A stretch of DNA of 64,000 nt from Candidatus Cloacimonadales bacterium (GTDB lineage: Bacteria; Cloacimonadota; Cloacimonadia; Cloacimonadales; JAIOQZ01): assembly GCA_963665815.1 (NCBI GenBank), contig OY762463.1:2560001-2624000 (forward strand). Reading direction: 5' to 3'. Below, piece after piece: positions 39,565 through 48,982 of the stretch. The translations under genes and the position numbers were made by a program. Numbering within the stretch: the stretch's first letter is position 1; every line of letters begins with the position of its first letter. Below the pieces are notes generated by a model. That model was not told the DNA's origin and searched no databases. It saw only the letters and a program-made list of their open reading frames with translations.

Positions 39565-40908
39565 TTAATTTCCGGAGTCATTTTTTATCTCTTTTATAAG
39601 CAGTTCTATCTGAATTCTAAGCTTGTTATCAGTGCGAAACTGGTTGTCTATCATCTTCTTTGCGTGAAGCACTGTTGTGTGATCTTTGCGGTGATAATAG
39701 CTGGCTATTTCCTTTAAGGATATTTGTGGAATAAGCAGATTAGACAGATACATGGCAACTTGTCTCGGAAATGCAATATTCTTCTTTCTGGTCTTATCTA
39801 CTATCTGTACAGGAGTAATATTGTAGATATCACAAACCTTATGCATAATAGTATCCAGATTGATTGTCTGAATCTTTTCAGATATCATATCTGATAGAAT
39901 ATCTTTTGCAACATTCAGATCAATATCAGAGACGTCATAATTGTTATAAGATGCATAAGCAAGCAGTCTGATCATTGATCCTTCCAGAGCTCTGATACTT
40001 GAAAAAACATTTTCCGCAATGTAATCCGTTACTTCCGGTTGAAGTTCAATTCCTTCGTTTTCTGCTTTTTTACGTAAAATGGCAGCACGAGTTTCAAAAT
40101 CAGGACTTTTAAGATCCGCCAGTAATCCCCATTCGAATCTTGTAACAAGTCTTTTCTCAAGATCATGTATTTCCTTTAATGGTCTGTCACTCGTCAGAAC
40201 AATTTGTTTCTTATTTTCATATAACGCATTGAATGTATGAAAGAACTCTTCTTGAGTACCCTCTTTCTTTGCCAGGAAATGAATATCATCCACCAGAAGA
40301 AGATCAACATTCCTGAATTTGTTACGGAAGGCTGACATTGATTTATTTTGAATTGCTTCAATCATTTCGGTAGTAAACTTTTCACTTGTTGTGTAATATA
40401 CAACTAAGTTACTGCCTTCTTCTTCAACAAAGTTACCTATAGCCTGCATCAGGTGGGTCTTACCCATTCCTGATTCACCGTAAATAAACAGCGGATTGTA
40501 TATTGTACCCGGTGATTCTGCAACAGCCATGGAAGCTGAATGCGCAAAATTATTGCTCTTCCCTACAACAAACTGCTCGAATGTGTATTTATCATTCAGT
40601 TTTGTCTGAAGCTGAATTCTCTTTTTATTCTTAATCTCATTGTTCTTCTTAATAATCTGATTTGTAGAGTTTAAGAATCTTACTTTATACTTTCTTTTAT
40701 ATAAACCATAAGATATTTCTGACAGTAATACAGTGTAATTCTGATTCAGATAATCTGCTGCAAATTTCGTAGGCACTTTTACGTACATAGTATTATTATC
40801 GATTTGCATTAAAGTTGTATCGCTGAACCAGGTTTTAAAACTCTGACTGTTAATATGATCTTCAAGCTTATTTAGAATATTTTGCCATATATCCTGATCT
40901 CTTTCCAT
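39565..40908 (-). CDS. dnaA: Chromosomal replication initiator DnaA
   Basis: YNPLFIYGESGMGKTHL, LLVDDIHFL, PRQVAMYL, KDHTTVLHA. Confidence 0.99.
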   Translation of the reverse strand: MERDQDIWQNILNKLEDHINSQSFKTWFSDTTLMQIDNNTMYVKVPTKFAADYLNQNYTVLLSEISYGLYKRKYKVRFLNSTNQIIKKNNEIKNKKRIQLQTKLNDKYTFEQFVVGKSNNFAHSASMAVAESPGTIYNPLFIYGESGMGKTHLMQAIGNFVEEEGSNLVVYYTTSEKFTTEMIEAIQNKSMSAFRNKFRNVDLLLVDDIHFLAKKEGTQEEFFHTFNALYENKKQIVLTSDRPLKEIHDLEKRLVTRFEWGLLADLKSPDFETRAAILRKKAENEGIELQPEVTDYIAENVFSSIRALEGSMIRLLAYASYNNYDVSDIDLNVAKDILSDMISEKIQTINLDTIMHKVCDIYNITPVQIVDKTRKKNIAFPRQVAMYLSNLLIPQISLKEIASYYHRKDHTTVLHAKKMIDNQFRTDNKLRIQIELLIKEIKNDSGN

Positions 40909-40931
40909 TTTCTATCCTAATAAATATTAAT

Positions 40932-41057
40932 TTATCCACAAAGTTATTAACATAGTTTGAATTCATTCTAATTGTTTAATAGATAGTTAATTATATCAAC
41001 AATCCTTACTATGTTGAGAAGACTTATCCACATATTGTGTATACATAATGTGGAAAG
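40932..41057. promoter_or_regulatory. Upstream DnaA-box cluster
   Basis: TTATCCACA at 40932 and 41024; near-matches at 40944, 41036, 41049. Confidence 0.85.
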
Positions 41058-41373
41058 CTTTGAAATAGCTTTGCAGTACAGCACTTCATGCAAAATTGCT
41101 GTGCTGTGGGATTTTGTCAAGCTATGAAACATTATCTGAAAATATGATTATAATTTATTTTATTTTTCACAACTATATTATTTTATTGTAGAGCAACTAC
41201 TTATAAAAAGTATGTAAAAACAGATGAAAACAGACTTAGTATAGATAATTCACTGATGTTAAAGTCTTAAAAAAAAAATATCTTGTTGAAAATTACATGT
41301 CTATTTTTGTTGACTGTTAAAATAAACATAATATTTTTAAACTTAAGAAGATAGATGAAATTTTGAGGATAAA

Positions 41374-41820
41374 ATGAAAATTATAAAAAACAGAAAAGCA
41401 TTTCATGAGTATTTCATTATTGATACATATGAAGCTGGAATTGTACTGGTTGGTACGGAAATAAAATCCATCAGACAAGGTAAAATTAATTTTAAGGATT
41501 CTTACGCAAAAATAGATGATAATAATGAGGTCTGGTTAGAGAATATGCATATTTCCATTTACGATAAAGGTACTCATTTTAATCATAAACCTGAACGTAG
41601 CAGGAAACTTCTTCTTTCTAAAAGAGAGATTAAGAAGCTAAAGCAGAAAGTAGATGAAAAAGGTATGACTCTGGTTCCTACTGATCTTCATATTACAGAA
41701 AATGGGCTTGCAAAAATCAGTCTTGGACTTGCAAAAGGTAAACACACTTATGATAAACGAGACACTCTTCAAAAGAAAGATATGAAAAGAGATCTGGAAA
41801 GAAAATTGAAGAGCTACTAA
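41374..41820 (+). CDS. smpB: SsrA-binding protein
   Basis: NRKAFHEY, EAGIVLVGTEIKSIR, GKHTYDKR. Confidence 0.97.
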   Translation: MKIIKNRKAFHEYFIIDTYEAGIVLVGTEIKSIRQGKINFKDSYAKIDDNNEVWLENMHISIYDKGTHFNHKPERSRKLLLSKREIKKLKQKVDEKGMTLVPTDLHITENGLAKISLGLAKGKHTYDKRDTLQKKDMKRDLERKLKSY

Positions 41821-41832
41821 AACTTTTGTAAA

Positions 41833-42336
41833 ATGAAAAAGAGAATAATACTGATTGGATTTATGGGAGCGGGGAAGAGTTACACCGGAAAATGGCTTTA
41901 TGAGAAAACAGGAATTCCATTTGAAGATACTGACAGTATTATAGAAAAAGAAACAGGTTTATCAGTTAAGCAGATTTTTCAAGACAGGGGAGAAGTCGGT
42001 TTCAGACAGATCGAAGCAGATATATTCTCTGATCTTCCTCAGGGCATTATTGCAGCCGGTGGTGGATGCATCCTTACAGAATCTATTCGAGAGATACTCA
42101 AAAAAGATGAAAACCTTGTAATATGGTTGAATACTAGTTGGTCTACTATATTAGGCAGGATAATGTGTTCTGATCGCCCTCTGGTAAAAAAAAGCAGTGA
42201 AGAACAACTCCACTGCCTTTATCAAAATAGGATTCCTTTATATGAGGAATGTGCTGATTTAGTAATCGATAATTCTGATGAAAATATAAGTAAGTTCATT
42301 ACAATTATAAAACAACACTTTTCTGATATTCAATAA
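41833..42336 (+). CDS. aroK: Shikimate kinase
   Basis: [24 protein letters not shown]. Confidence 0.93.
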   Translation: MKKRIILIGFMGAGKSYTGKWLYEKTGIPFEDTDSIIEKETGLSVKQIFQDRGEVGFRQIEADIFSDLPQGIIAAGGGCILTESIREILKKDENLVIWLNTSWSTILGRIMCSDRPLVKKSSEEQLHCLYQNRIPLYEECADLVIDNSDENISKFITIIKQHFSDIQ

Positions 42337-42994
42337 TTTCTGCGATACTTCCGGAAGCTGCATCAATCATTTGATTCAGTTCATCACGGGAAAAGAGATT
42401 TTTTTCTGCAGTACCCTGAAGTTCTACAAATTTTCCGCTTTCCGTCATTACAATATTGAAATCAACATCAGCCTGTGAATCTTCTTCGTAACATAAATCT
42501 ACAACAGGTTTTCCGTTAACAATTCCAACACTGATAGCAGCAACAAACTCTTTCATGGGATTTTCTTCGATCATTCCCTTTTCTATCATTTTGTTAAAAG
42601 CATCATGTAAAGCTACACATGCTCCACAGATAGAAGCAGTTCTGGTTCCTCCGTCAGCCTGAATTACATCACAATCAACAACTACTGACATACCGGGCAT
42701 TTTCCTTCTGTCTACAACCGCACGTAAAGATCTGGCAATAAGCCTCTGTATCTCTGCTGTTCTACCGGATACTTTTCCTGCTGCTGATTCTCTTCTGTTT
42801 CTGGTGTTGGTTGCTCTTGGAAGCATTGCATATTCGGCAGTTACCCATCCTTCATCAGAATCTCTCAGGAAGTTCGGAACTGAATCCTGAACTGTTGCAT
42901 TGCAGATAACTTTAGTATTACCTGTTTCTATCATTACAGATCCTTCCGGATGCATAAGATAGTTTCTATGTATTTTCATTTCTCTTCTACTCAT
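42305..42994 (-). CDS. rph: Ribonuclease PH
   Basis: [43 protein letters not shown]. Confidence 0.97.
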   Translation of the reverse strand: MSRREMKIHRNYLMHPEGSVMIETGNTKVICNATVQDSVPNFLRDSDEGWVTAEYAMLPRATNTRNRRESAAGKVSGRTAEIQRLIARSLRAVVDRRKMPGMSVVVDCDVIQADGGTRTASICGACVALHDAFNKMIEKGMIEENPMKEFVAAISVGIVNGKPVVDLCYEEDSQADVDFNIVMTESGKFVELQGTAEKNLFSRDELNQMIDAASGSIAEIIEYQKSVVL

Positions 42995-43006
42995 AATAAT
43001 ACTCCG

Positions 43007-44107
43007 TTATAATGATATTTTGTTACCGGGAAGCCTTCTTATTACACCTTTCATATCGAGTTCAGTAATAATTGATAACAATCCCGAGATAGGTATTCTA
43101 CTGATCATATATATTTCATCTACAGTAATTTCTCTGTTTTCTTTTTCAATAAGTTTATAAACTGTGCTTTCATCTTCAGTTAACTCCGGAAATGCCTGTA
43201 ATTGCTGTGTACCGGATTCCAGAATTCCAAAGTCTTCCATTATATCTGATGCCGAAGTAACAAGTTTTGCTCCTGAATTCTGAATCAGGTAATTAGGGCC
43301 TTCCGCTTGAGGTCTGAACACATCTCCCGGAACAGCATAAACTTCTCTGTTCTGTTCCAGAGCGAATTTACCAGTAATAAGGGCACCGCTTTTTCTGTTT
43401 CCCTCAATTATTAACGTAGCTTTACTCAATCCGCTTATTATTCTGTTTCTCTTTGGAAAATTACCTCTTGTAACCGGATAGCCCGGAACAAATTCTGAAA
43501 TCAAAGCTCCATTATCAATAATTTTTTCAGCAAGATATCTGTTCTTAACGGGATGGATAGTTTCACAGCCGGTTCCCATTACTGCGTAAGTTCTGGATTT
43601 TGTTTCAACTGCTGCAGTATGAGCAATAGAATCAATTCCGTGTGCCAATCCACTCACAATGGTAAATCCGGATTCTGCCAGATCCTTGCTGATACTTTTT
43701 GCGGCTTTAACACCATAATTACTTGGTTTTCTTGTTCCGACAATACCTACGGAGTAACGAAAATCCTCATTCCTTATTTTTCCTCTGTAAAAAATGAATG
43801 GGGGAGGACAGTATATGTTCTTCAGTATTACGGGATAATCTTCATCCAGAATGCTTGAGAATTTAATATTGTATTTATCAATAAGTTCTTTTGTTTTAGA
43901 CCATTTATTAAAAACAGGTTTCTGAGAGAGTTGAACAATATGGTTATTGCTCAAGAAGTTACAGTCTTTAAAGTAACTCCTGTTTTTACCAAGAAAACTA
44001 CTCGGCTCACCAAGTTTTTCTACCAGATCCTGTATTGTAACCCCACCAAGCGATTTCAGTTCAGATAAATATATCCAATACTTAATTCGTTCTTTCATAT
44101 GCCTCAA
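43007..44107 (-). CDS. dprA: DNA-processing protein DprA
   Basis: IVGTRKPS.YG, IVSGLAHGID..AH, FPKRNRIISGLS. Confidence 0.96.
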   Translation of the reverse strand: MRHMKERIKYWIYLSELKSLGGVTIQDLVEKLGEPSSFLGKNRSYFKDCNFLSNNHIVQLSQKPVFNKWSKTKELIDKYNIKFSSILDEDYPVILKNIYCPPPFIFYRGKIRNEDFRYSVGIVGTRKPSNYGVKAAKSISKDLAESGFTIVSGLAHGIDSIAHTAAVETKSRTYAVMGTGCETIHPVKNRYLAEKIIDNGALISEFVPGYPVTRGNFPKRNRIISGLSKATLIIEGNRKSGALITGKFALEQNREVYAVPGDVFRPQAEGPNYLIQNSGAKLVTSASDIMEDFGILESGTQQLQAFPELTEDESTVYKLIEKENREITVDEIYMISRIPISGLLSIITELDMKGVIRRLPGNKISL

Positions 44108-45101
44108 CTAACTGATATAGTTTATTTTTCAGAATATCAATGTTTTTACCTGTTACGGATGATATAAAAAGAATGTTTTCCTTAAACTTTTCTTTAAACA
44201 TTTCAGTAAGAGTTTCCTCTTTTTCCATTAATGATTCTTCATCGAGAGTATCTGTTTTACTGAATGCAACATAATGTAGTTTTGAGTCCAGTGCTTCATC
44301 ATACTGATGCAGTTCGTTCTTCAGGGTTTCAAAATCATCAAGAGGTGTTTCTGAATTTACATCAATAAGGAAGAGCAGTATTCTGGTTCTCTGGATATGC
44401 TTAAGGAATTGTATTCCAAGTCCTTTTCCATCGTGTGCACCTTCGATAATTCCCGGAATATCAGCTACTACAAAGGATTTGTAGTTCTTCATATGAACAA
44501 CACCGAGAGATGGTTCCAGAGTTGTAAAAGCATAATCTGCAACTTTAGGTCTGGCAGCACTGATTGTACTGAGAAGAGTTGATTTTCCTGCGTTAGGAAA
44601 ACCAACAAGACCGATGTCCGCCATAAGTTTAAGAACCAGTTCTAGTTCAACTTGTTCAGTTTCCATACCAGGCTTGGAAAATCTTGGAGCTTGTCTGGTA
44701 GATGTTGCAAAACATGCGTTTCCTCTACCACCATTTCCACCTTCGCAAATTATGTATTCTTTATTCTGGTCGGTTACATCGCAGATCCTTGTACGTTGTC
44801 CACCGGATATTTTCCATACTTCAGTTCCCTGAGGTACTTCAATTATTGTAGGTTTACCGGTTCTTCCTGTTCTGTTACTTCCAGATCCGTTTTTACCGTT
44901 TTCAGCTTTGAAAAGCTTTGTGTATCTGAAGTTTATAAGAGTATTAATGTTTTCATTTCCAACAATAATAATATCACCGCCTTTTCCGCCACTTCCACCG
45001 TCAGGTCCACCTTTAGCAACAAACTTCTCTCTTCTGAAGCTGATACAACCTTTTCCACCGTTTCCTGCTTTCACAATAATTCTGGCAAAATCTAAAAACA
45101 T
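44082..45101 (-). CDS. obgE: GTPase ObgE/CgtA
   Basis: MFLD start, SFRREKFV..GGPDGG, GFPNAGKST, DIPGIIEGAH. Confidence 0.98.
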   Translation of the reverse strand: MFLDFARIIVKAGNGGKGCISFRREKFVAKGGPDGGSGGKGGDIIIVGNENINTLINFRYTKLFKAENGKNGSGSNRTGRTGKPTIIEVPQGTEVWKISGGQRTRICDVTDQNKEYIICEGGNGGRGNACFATSTRQAPRFSKPGMETEQVELELVLKLMADIGLVGFPNAGKSTLLSTISAARPKVADYAFTTLEPSLGVVHMKNYKSFVVADIPGIIEGAHDGKGLGIQFLKHIQRTRILLFLIDVNSETPLDDFETLKNELHQYDEALDSKLHYVAFSKTDTLDEESLMEKEETLTEMFKEKFKENILFISSVTGKNIDILKNKLYQLVEAYERTN

Positions 45102-45291
45102 TTTTTCTCCTTGGGAATTATAATATTTACACACACATAAAATATATTATAATCAATGCTTTATCATAATAAATTTATTAAAATCAATATAATTTCAAAA
45201 AAAAAGGTATGATTTTTGGGTCAAGTTCTTTGTTTTAAAATAATTATTCAACTACCCAATTATGCAAAGGTCTTATGAATTGTGAGTGAAT

Positions 45292-45326
45292 AAAAAAAGC
45301 AGACTGCGGTACCTGGCAGTCTGCTT
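45292..45326 (-). terminator. Intrinsic terminator
   Basis: GCAGACTGC/GCAGTCTGC stem with U-tract on minus strand. Confidence 0.85.
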
Positions 45327-45346
45327 ATACATATATTTATGACGTT

Positions 45347-47911
45347 TTATTTCATTAATACCATTTTACTGATTTTTGTCTCTTTTGAAGTTTGAATTTT
45401 GTAGAAGTATATACCACTGGAAACAGTATCACCATCAGAGTTTTTACCATTCCAGACTACTTCATGATCACCTGAGAATTGTTTTTCTTTGACGATTGTA
45501 TTAACTTTCTGTCCTTTAAGATTATAAACAGCGATGCTAACATCAGATTCTTCAGAAAGTGAATATTGAATTACAGTTTCCGGATTAAACGGATTAGGGT
45601 AGTTACCTTTTAGGGTAAGTGCAGATTTAACTTCAGGAGCATCAGTTACCTGTGGAATTGGTCTTCCTCCTCCACCAGCACTTGAGTAATCGAAGAAGTA
45701 TACCGCTCCCCCGGAAGGATCGTCCGGAGCACCTACAATAATTGTTGAACCGTCGTAATCCATTGCTGTGCCGAAGTTGTCGGTACCAGAGCAATGTGAT
45801 GTGAAAGTATCGCAAATAGTTGAACCTGATTCTAAGTAAACATATACATAATCTTCACAACTTACAACAGCAAAATTGCCATCCTTTTCGATATTATAAA
45901 TTTGATAAGCCGGATTTATTGAATATACACTGAAGGGATAGTCAGGATTATTATTCAAGTGGAATCTTTCATCTGATCCACCTTGTTTATAATAAACAGC
46001 AGTTCCGACATAATCAATATTTGGAATATTTCCAAAGTAGAATCCATAATTACCTGTACACATTGGAAAAGCTGTAATCCTCTTATCTATCGATACCATC
46101 TTTCCATAATCATTGCAACCACAATTGTTAAAAAGAGAATAACTATTTCTATTGACTAACGAGTCGCCTCCTGAACTAAAGAAACTCACAGCACCTACGT
46201 CTATGTAATAACCTCCTATTTCCTGTATTGTTCTCTCAGGTGAGCCGGCAATAATAATTCCATGATCACTGATATCGATATCATAACCTAATTGTTGATA
46301 ACATTCATCCCCTGTCCATGTATATGGTCTGCTTTCATAACTGTATAATGTTTGATCTAATGGATAATAAGCAACTTTACCAACATCTATATCTGTTCCA
46401 TCATCGTACCGAGGAATTCCTACAGCAAGGTTTCCATTGATGTCTATCTCAAATGTAGTACCAATTTGTTCGTTTGCTTCTCCAAACAAAACATCCCTTA
46501 ACGACCACTCTTCTGAAGTACTATTATACTTAAACAAATAAATTGCTCCACATTGATAATGTGTTATAAATCCGTTATCATGTTGACTGTATAAAGGAGC
46601 TCCAACAGCCAGATAAACGCCATTCATGGACAGGTGTGCTCCAAATTTTGAATCAGAATTATATGGATCAGAATAATATGTAACAGGACCTGAATATTCC
46701 CAGATATCATTATCATTCTTCCTATATGTTACTACTCCATTTGGATGAGAGGCTGCTGCATTATCTCCGTAAACAGCTACTTGTTGTCCAATTTCTGAAG
46801 TGCTTGATGGCAAATAGTTTGAGTATACGTCATAAGTTTCTGGAACACTATCTCTTGATAATACAACAAACTCAAACTGTTCTAATTCAGTTCCATTTGT
46901 TTCAGGGTTAAGAGTTTTCACTCCATAGAAGTCACCGCAATCTTTGTAGCTAATCATGTGACGAGTGTCTAATGAAACTGAATTTTTAAAGACATACAGG
47001 TTATCTCCATCACTGAGAACAAAGTTACATACATCTTCATATGTACCATTAGTACCCATATCACTTGACATCAGGTAGCTTCTAAGATTGAGACCATCTA
47101 CATCTGTCTGATTCAGTGCTACTTGTATACCATTAACTACATCTCCATTACATTCTCCAATCCAATACATGAGATAATGAAAGAAAAGTTCATCAATTGT
47201 AGCATCATTATCTGACACATTATTGTTGAAGTCATGATAATAAAACCAGTCACACGCATCATTGAGAAAATCTTGTATAGCTGATCTACATGTGTTATCA
47301 AGGTTGCAATCAGCAATGAAGCTATATGTAATTGAAGTACTTAACAGACTATCTTCAAAAGTAAAAGGATGATTTCCTTCATAGCTTGTACCCTCGGAAA
47401 CATGACCAAGTATTGTCTTTACATCATTTTCAGCTGGTTGTTTCAATTTAAGAGGATCAAAATCACTGACATTGGTTGTCCAGTAATAGGCAGCATTCAT
47501 TTGCTCGCCATTGTCTGCATCAATGCTTAGTGTATCACTATCATAATATTTTTTGCTTCCTCTGCAAAAGAATCTCTGGCAGTCATATTCATTATAATAT
47601 TCATCAGGACCAATAAGGTTACTTCCATCAGCATAATAAATTACACCGTATCCATTATCATTATCCTTATACTGCAAAGCTGTTGGCCAGTCATATATAA
47701 GATAAGGAACCTGATATGAAGCATCATTTGACATTAATATTAAAAAGTCGTAATAATCGAAAGGATCGTTGAATTCTCCAGCAGCTTGTTCTTCTACTGA
47801 AAGAGTGTAATTATTTTTCGCCAGCATGGCAACCATATCACCATTTGCGAAAAGAATACCAGTTAACAAAATTGAAACTAATACGAGAAAGATAACTTTC
47901 TTAGTTGTCAT
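45347..47911 (-). CDS. Secreted protein: degenerate class II glutamine amidotransferase domain, FG-GAP repeats, FlgD-Ig/T9SS-type CTD
   Basis: NGYGV, ILGHV, NHPF, NFVLSDG motifs; LAVGAP/IIVGAP..GAVY repeats; NYPNPFNPET..SSGIYFY. Confidence 0.8.
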   Translation of the reverse strand: MTTKKVIFLVLVSILLTGILFANGDMVAMLAKNNYTLSVEEQAAGEFNDPFDYYDFLILMSNDASYQVPYLIYDWPTALQYKDNDNGYGVIYYADGSNLIGPDEYYNEYDCQRFFCRGSKKYYDSDTLSIDADNGEQMNAAYYWTTNVSDFDPLKLKQPAENDVKTILGHVSEGTSYEGNHPFTFEDSLLSTSITYSFIADCNLDNTCRSAIQDFLNDACDWFYYHDFNNNVSDNDATIDELFFHYLMYWIGECNGDVVNGIQVALNQTDVDGLNLRSYLMSSDMGTNGTYEDVCNFVLSDGDNLYVFKNSVSLDTRHMISYKDCGDFYGVKTLNPETNGTELEQFEFVVLSRDSVPETYDVYSNYLPSSTSEIGQQVAVYGDNAAASHPNGVVTYRKNDNDIWEYSGPVTYYSDPYNSDSKFGAHLSMNGVYLAVGAPLYSQHDNGFITHYQCGAIYLFKYNSTSEEWSLRDVLFGEANEQIGTTFEIDINGNLAVGIPRYDDGTDIDVGKVAYYPLDQTLYSYESRPYTWTGDECYQQLGYDIDISDHGIIIAGSPERTIQEIGGYYIDVGAVSFFSSGGDSLVNRNSYSLFNNCGCNDYGKMVSIDKRITAFPMCTGNYGFYFGNIPNIDYVGTAVYYKQGGSDERFHLNNNPDYPFSVYSINPAYQIYNIEKDGNFAVVSCEDYVYVYLESGSTICDTFTSHCSGTDNFGTAMDYDGSTIIVGAPDDPSGGAVYFFDYSSAGGGGRPIPQVTDAPEVKSALTLKGNYPNPFNPETVIQYSLSEESDVSIAVYNLKGQKVNTIVKEKQFSGDHEVVWNGKNSDGDTVSSGIYFYKIQTSKETKISKMVLMK

Positions 47912-48068
47912 AAATTCCTCCAAATTTACATTTAATGCTGATTCCTCCAGGACGGTACCACTCCCTGAATAAAATCATAAAATCCCAAATAAACTTATGT
48001 GTACCATACATACATATAACAATATTGAACCGATAAAATAAATATTGTCAATAAAAAAATATCAGGTT

Positions 48069-48482
48069 GGTATCCCCCCGTTTTTTCTTGAAAATCTGAT
48101 TTCAAGAAAATTGGAAGGATTTTTAGCAGACATTTCTTAGAAAAATGCATTCTTCATTTTCTTTGGTGCCAAAGAAAACGAAACAAAAGAAAATGGAGAA
48201 GTTGATGAAATTGTAAATTTCATCGAAAAGCACTCTTTTTAAAATGTATTTCCAGTAAACTGGAACCATAAATTTTTCCTGAAATCCTTCCAAGGCTTCA
48301 GGATTTCTTAACGGTTAAATTTATTATACAGTAAAAAAGAGAAAATGCTATCATCAATGCAAAACAATCATACTTAATTAAAAGCTATTACATTGATTCA
48401 TATTTTCCACTGATTTACTGTTTCAAAACTTTTATTTATAATAAGTTATATATACATTGTATTTGGTTTTCGGGGGGATGCC
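48069..48482. mobile_element. Non-autonomous MITE-like structured element
   Basis: Ends GGTATCCCCCCG / CGGGGGGATGCC (11/12 IR); direct repeat AAAAAATATCAGGTT at 48054-48068 and 48484-48498; no ORF of 60 aa or more. Confidence 0.8.
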
Positions 48483-48513
48483 TAAAAAATATCAGGTTTA
48501 ATGTAATAAAAAT

Positions 48514-48554
48514 TTGACATGTTTAGAATTATTCTTAAATTGTAATCATAACAA
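48514..48554 (+). promoter_or_regulatory. perR promoter with two Per/Fur-like 7-1-7 boxes
   Basis: TTGACA at 48514; TTAGAATTATTCTTA (48523-48537) and TTGTAATCATAACAA (48540-48554). Confidence 0.65.
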
Positions 48555-48556
48555 AA

Positions 48557-48982
48557 ATGAAAGAGGTTGCTATGGACTGGAAATTTGTTCTAAGAGAAAA
48601 GGGTATTTCACCCACGTTCCAGAGACTGCAGATTATTGCTTATCTTGAAGAGAACAGAGTTCATCCTTCAGTAGAGATGATCTATAACGAGTTGAAGAAT
48701 CTCATTCCTACTCTGTCAAGAACAACTGTATATAATACTATGAAGCTTTTTCAATCTTCTGCCCTGGTTAAACCTATATTATCAGAAAACAACGAGATAC
48801 ATTATGAGTTCAACATGGAACCTCACGCTCACTTTGAATGCACAGAATGCGGTAAAATCTATGATGTTTTTGAGGAATTCGAGTTTATTAAAGATAAGAT
48901 TGTTGATGGTCATAAAGTTACTGAACATCAGATTTCACTCAAGGGAATATGTTCTAAATGCTTAGAGGAGAAAAATGCCTGA
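48557..48982 (+). CDS. perR: Fur-family regulator, PerR-like
   Basis: HPSVEMIY, TLSRTTVYNT, HAHFECTECG, GICSKC; heads oxidative-stress operon; start may be 48572. Confidence 0.85.
   Translation: MKEVAMDWKFVLREKGISPTFQRLQIIAYLEENRVHPSVEMIYNELKNLIPTLSRTTVYNTMKLFQSSALVKPILSENNEIHYEFNMEPHAHFECTECGKIYDVFEEFEFIKDKIVDGHKVTEHQISLKGICSKCLEEKNA

Noticed and set aside
40909-41373. Small rpmH gene upstream of dnaA
   Set aside because: No MKRT(F/Y)QP-like reading frame seen
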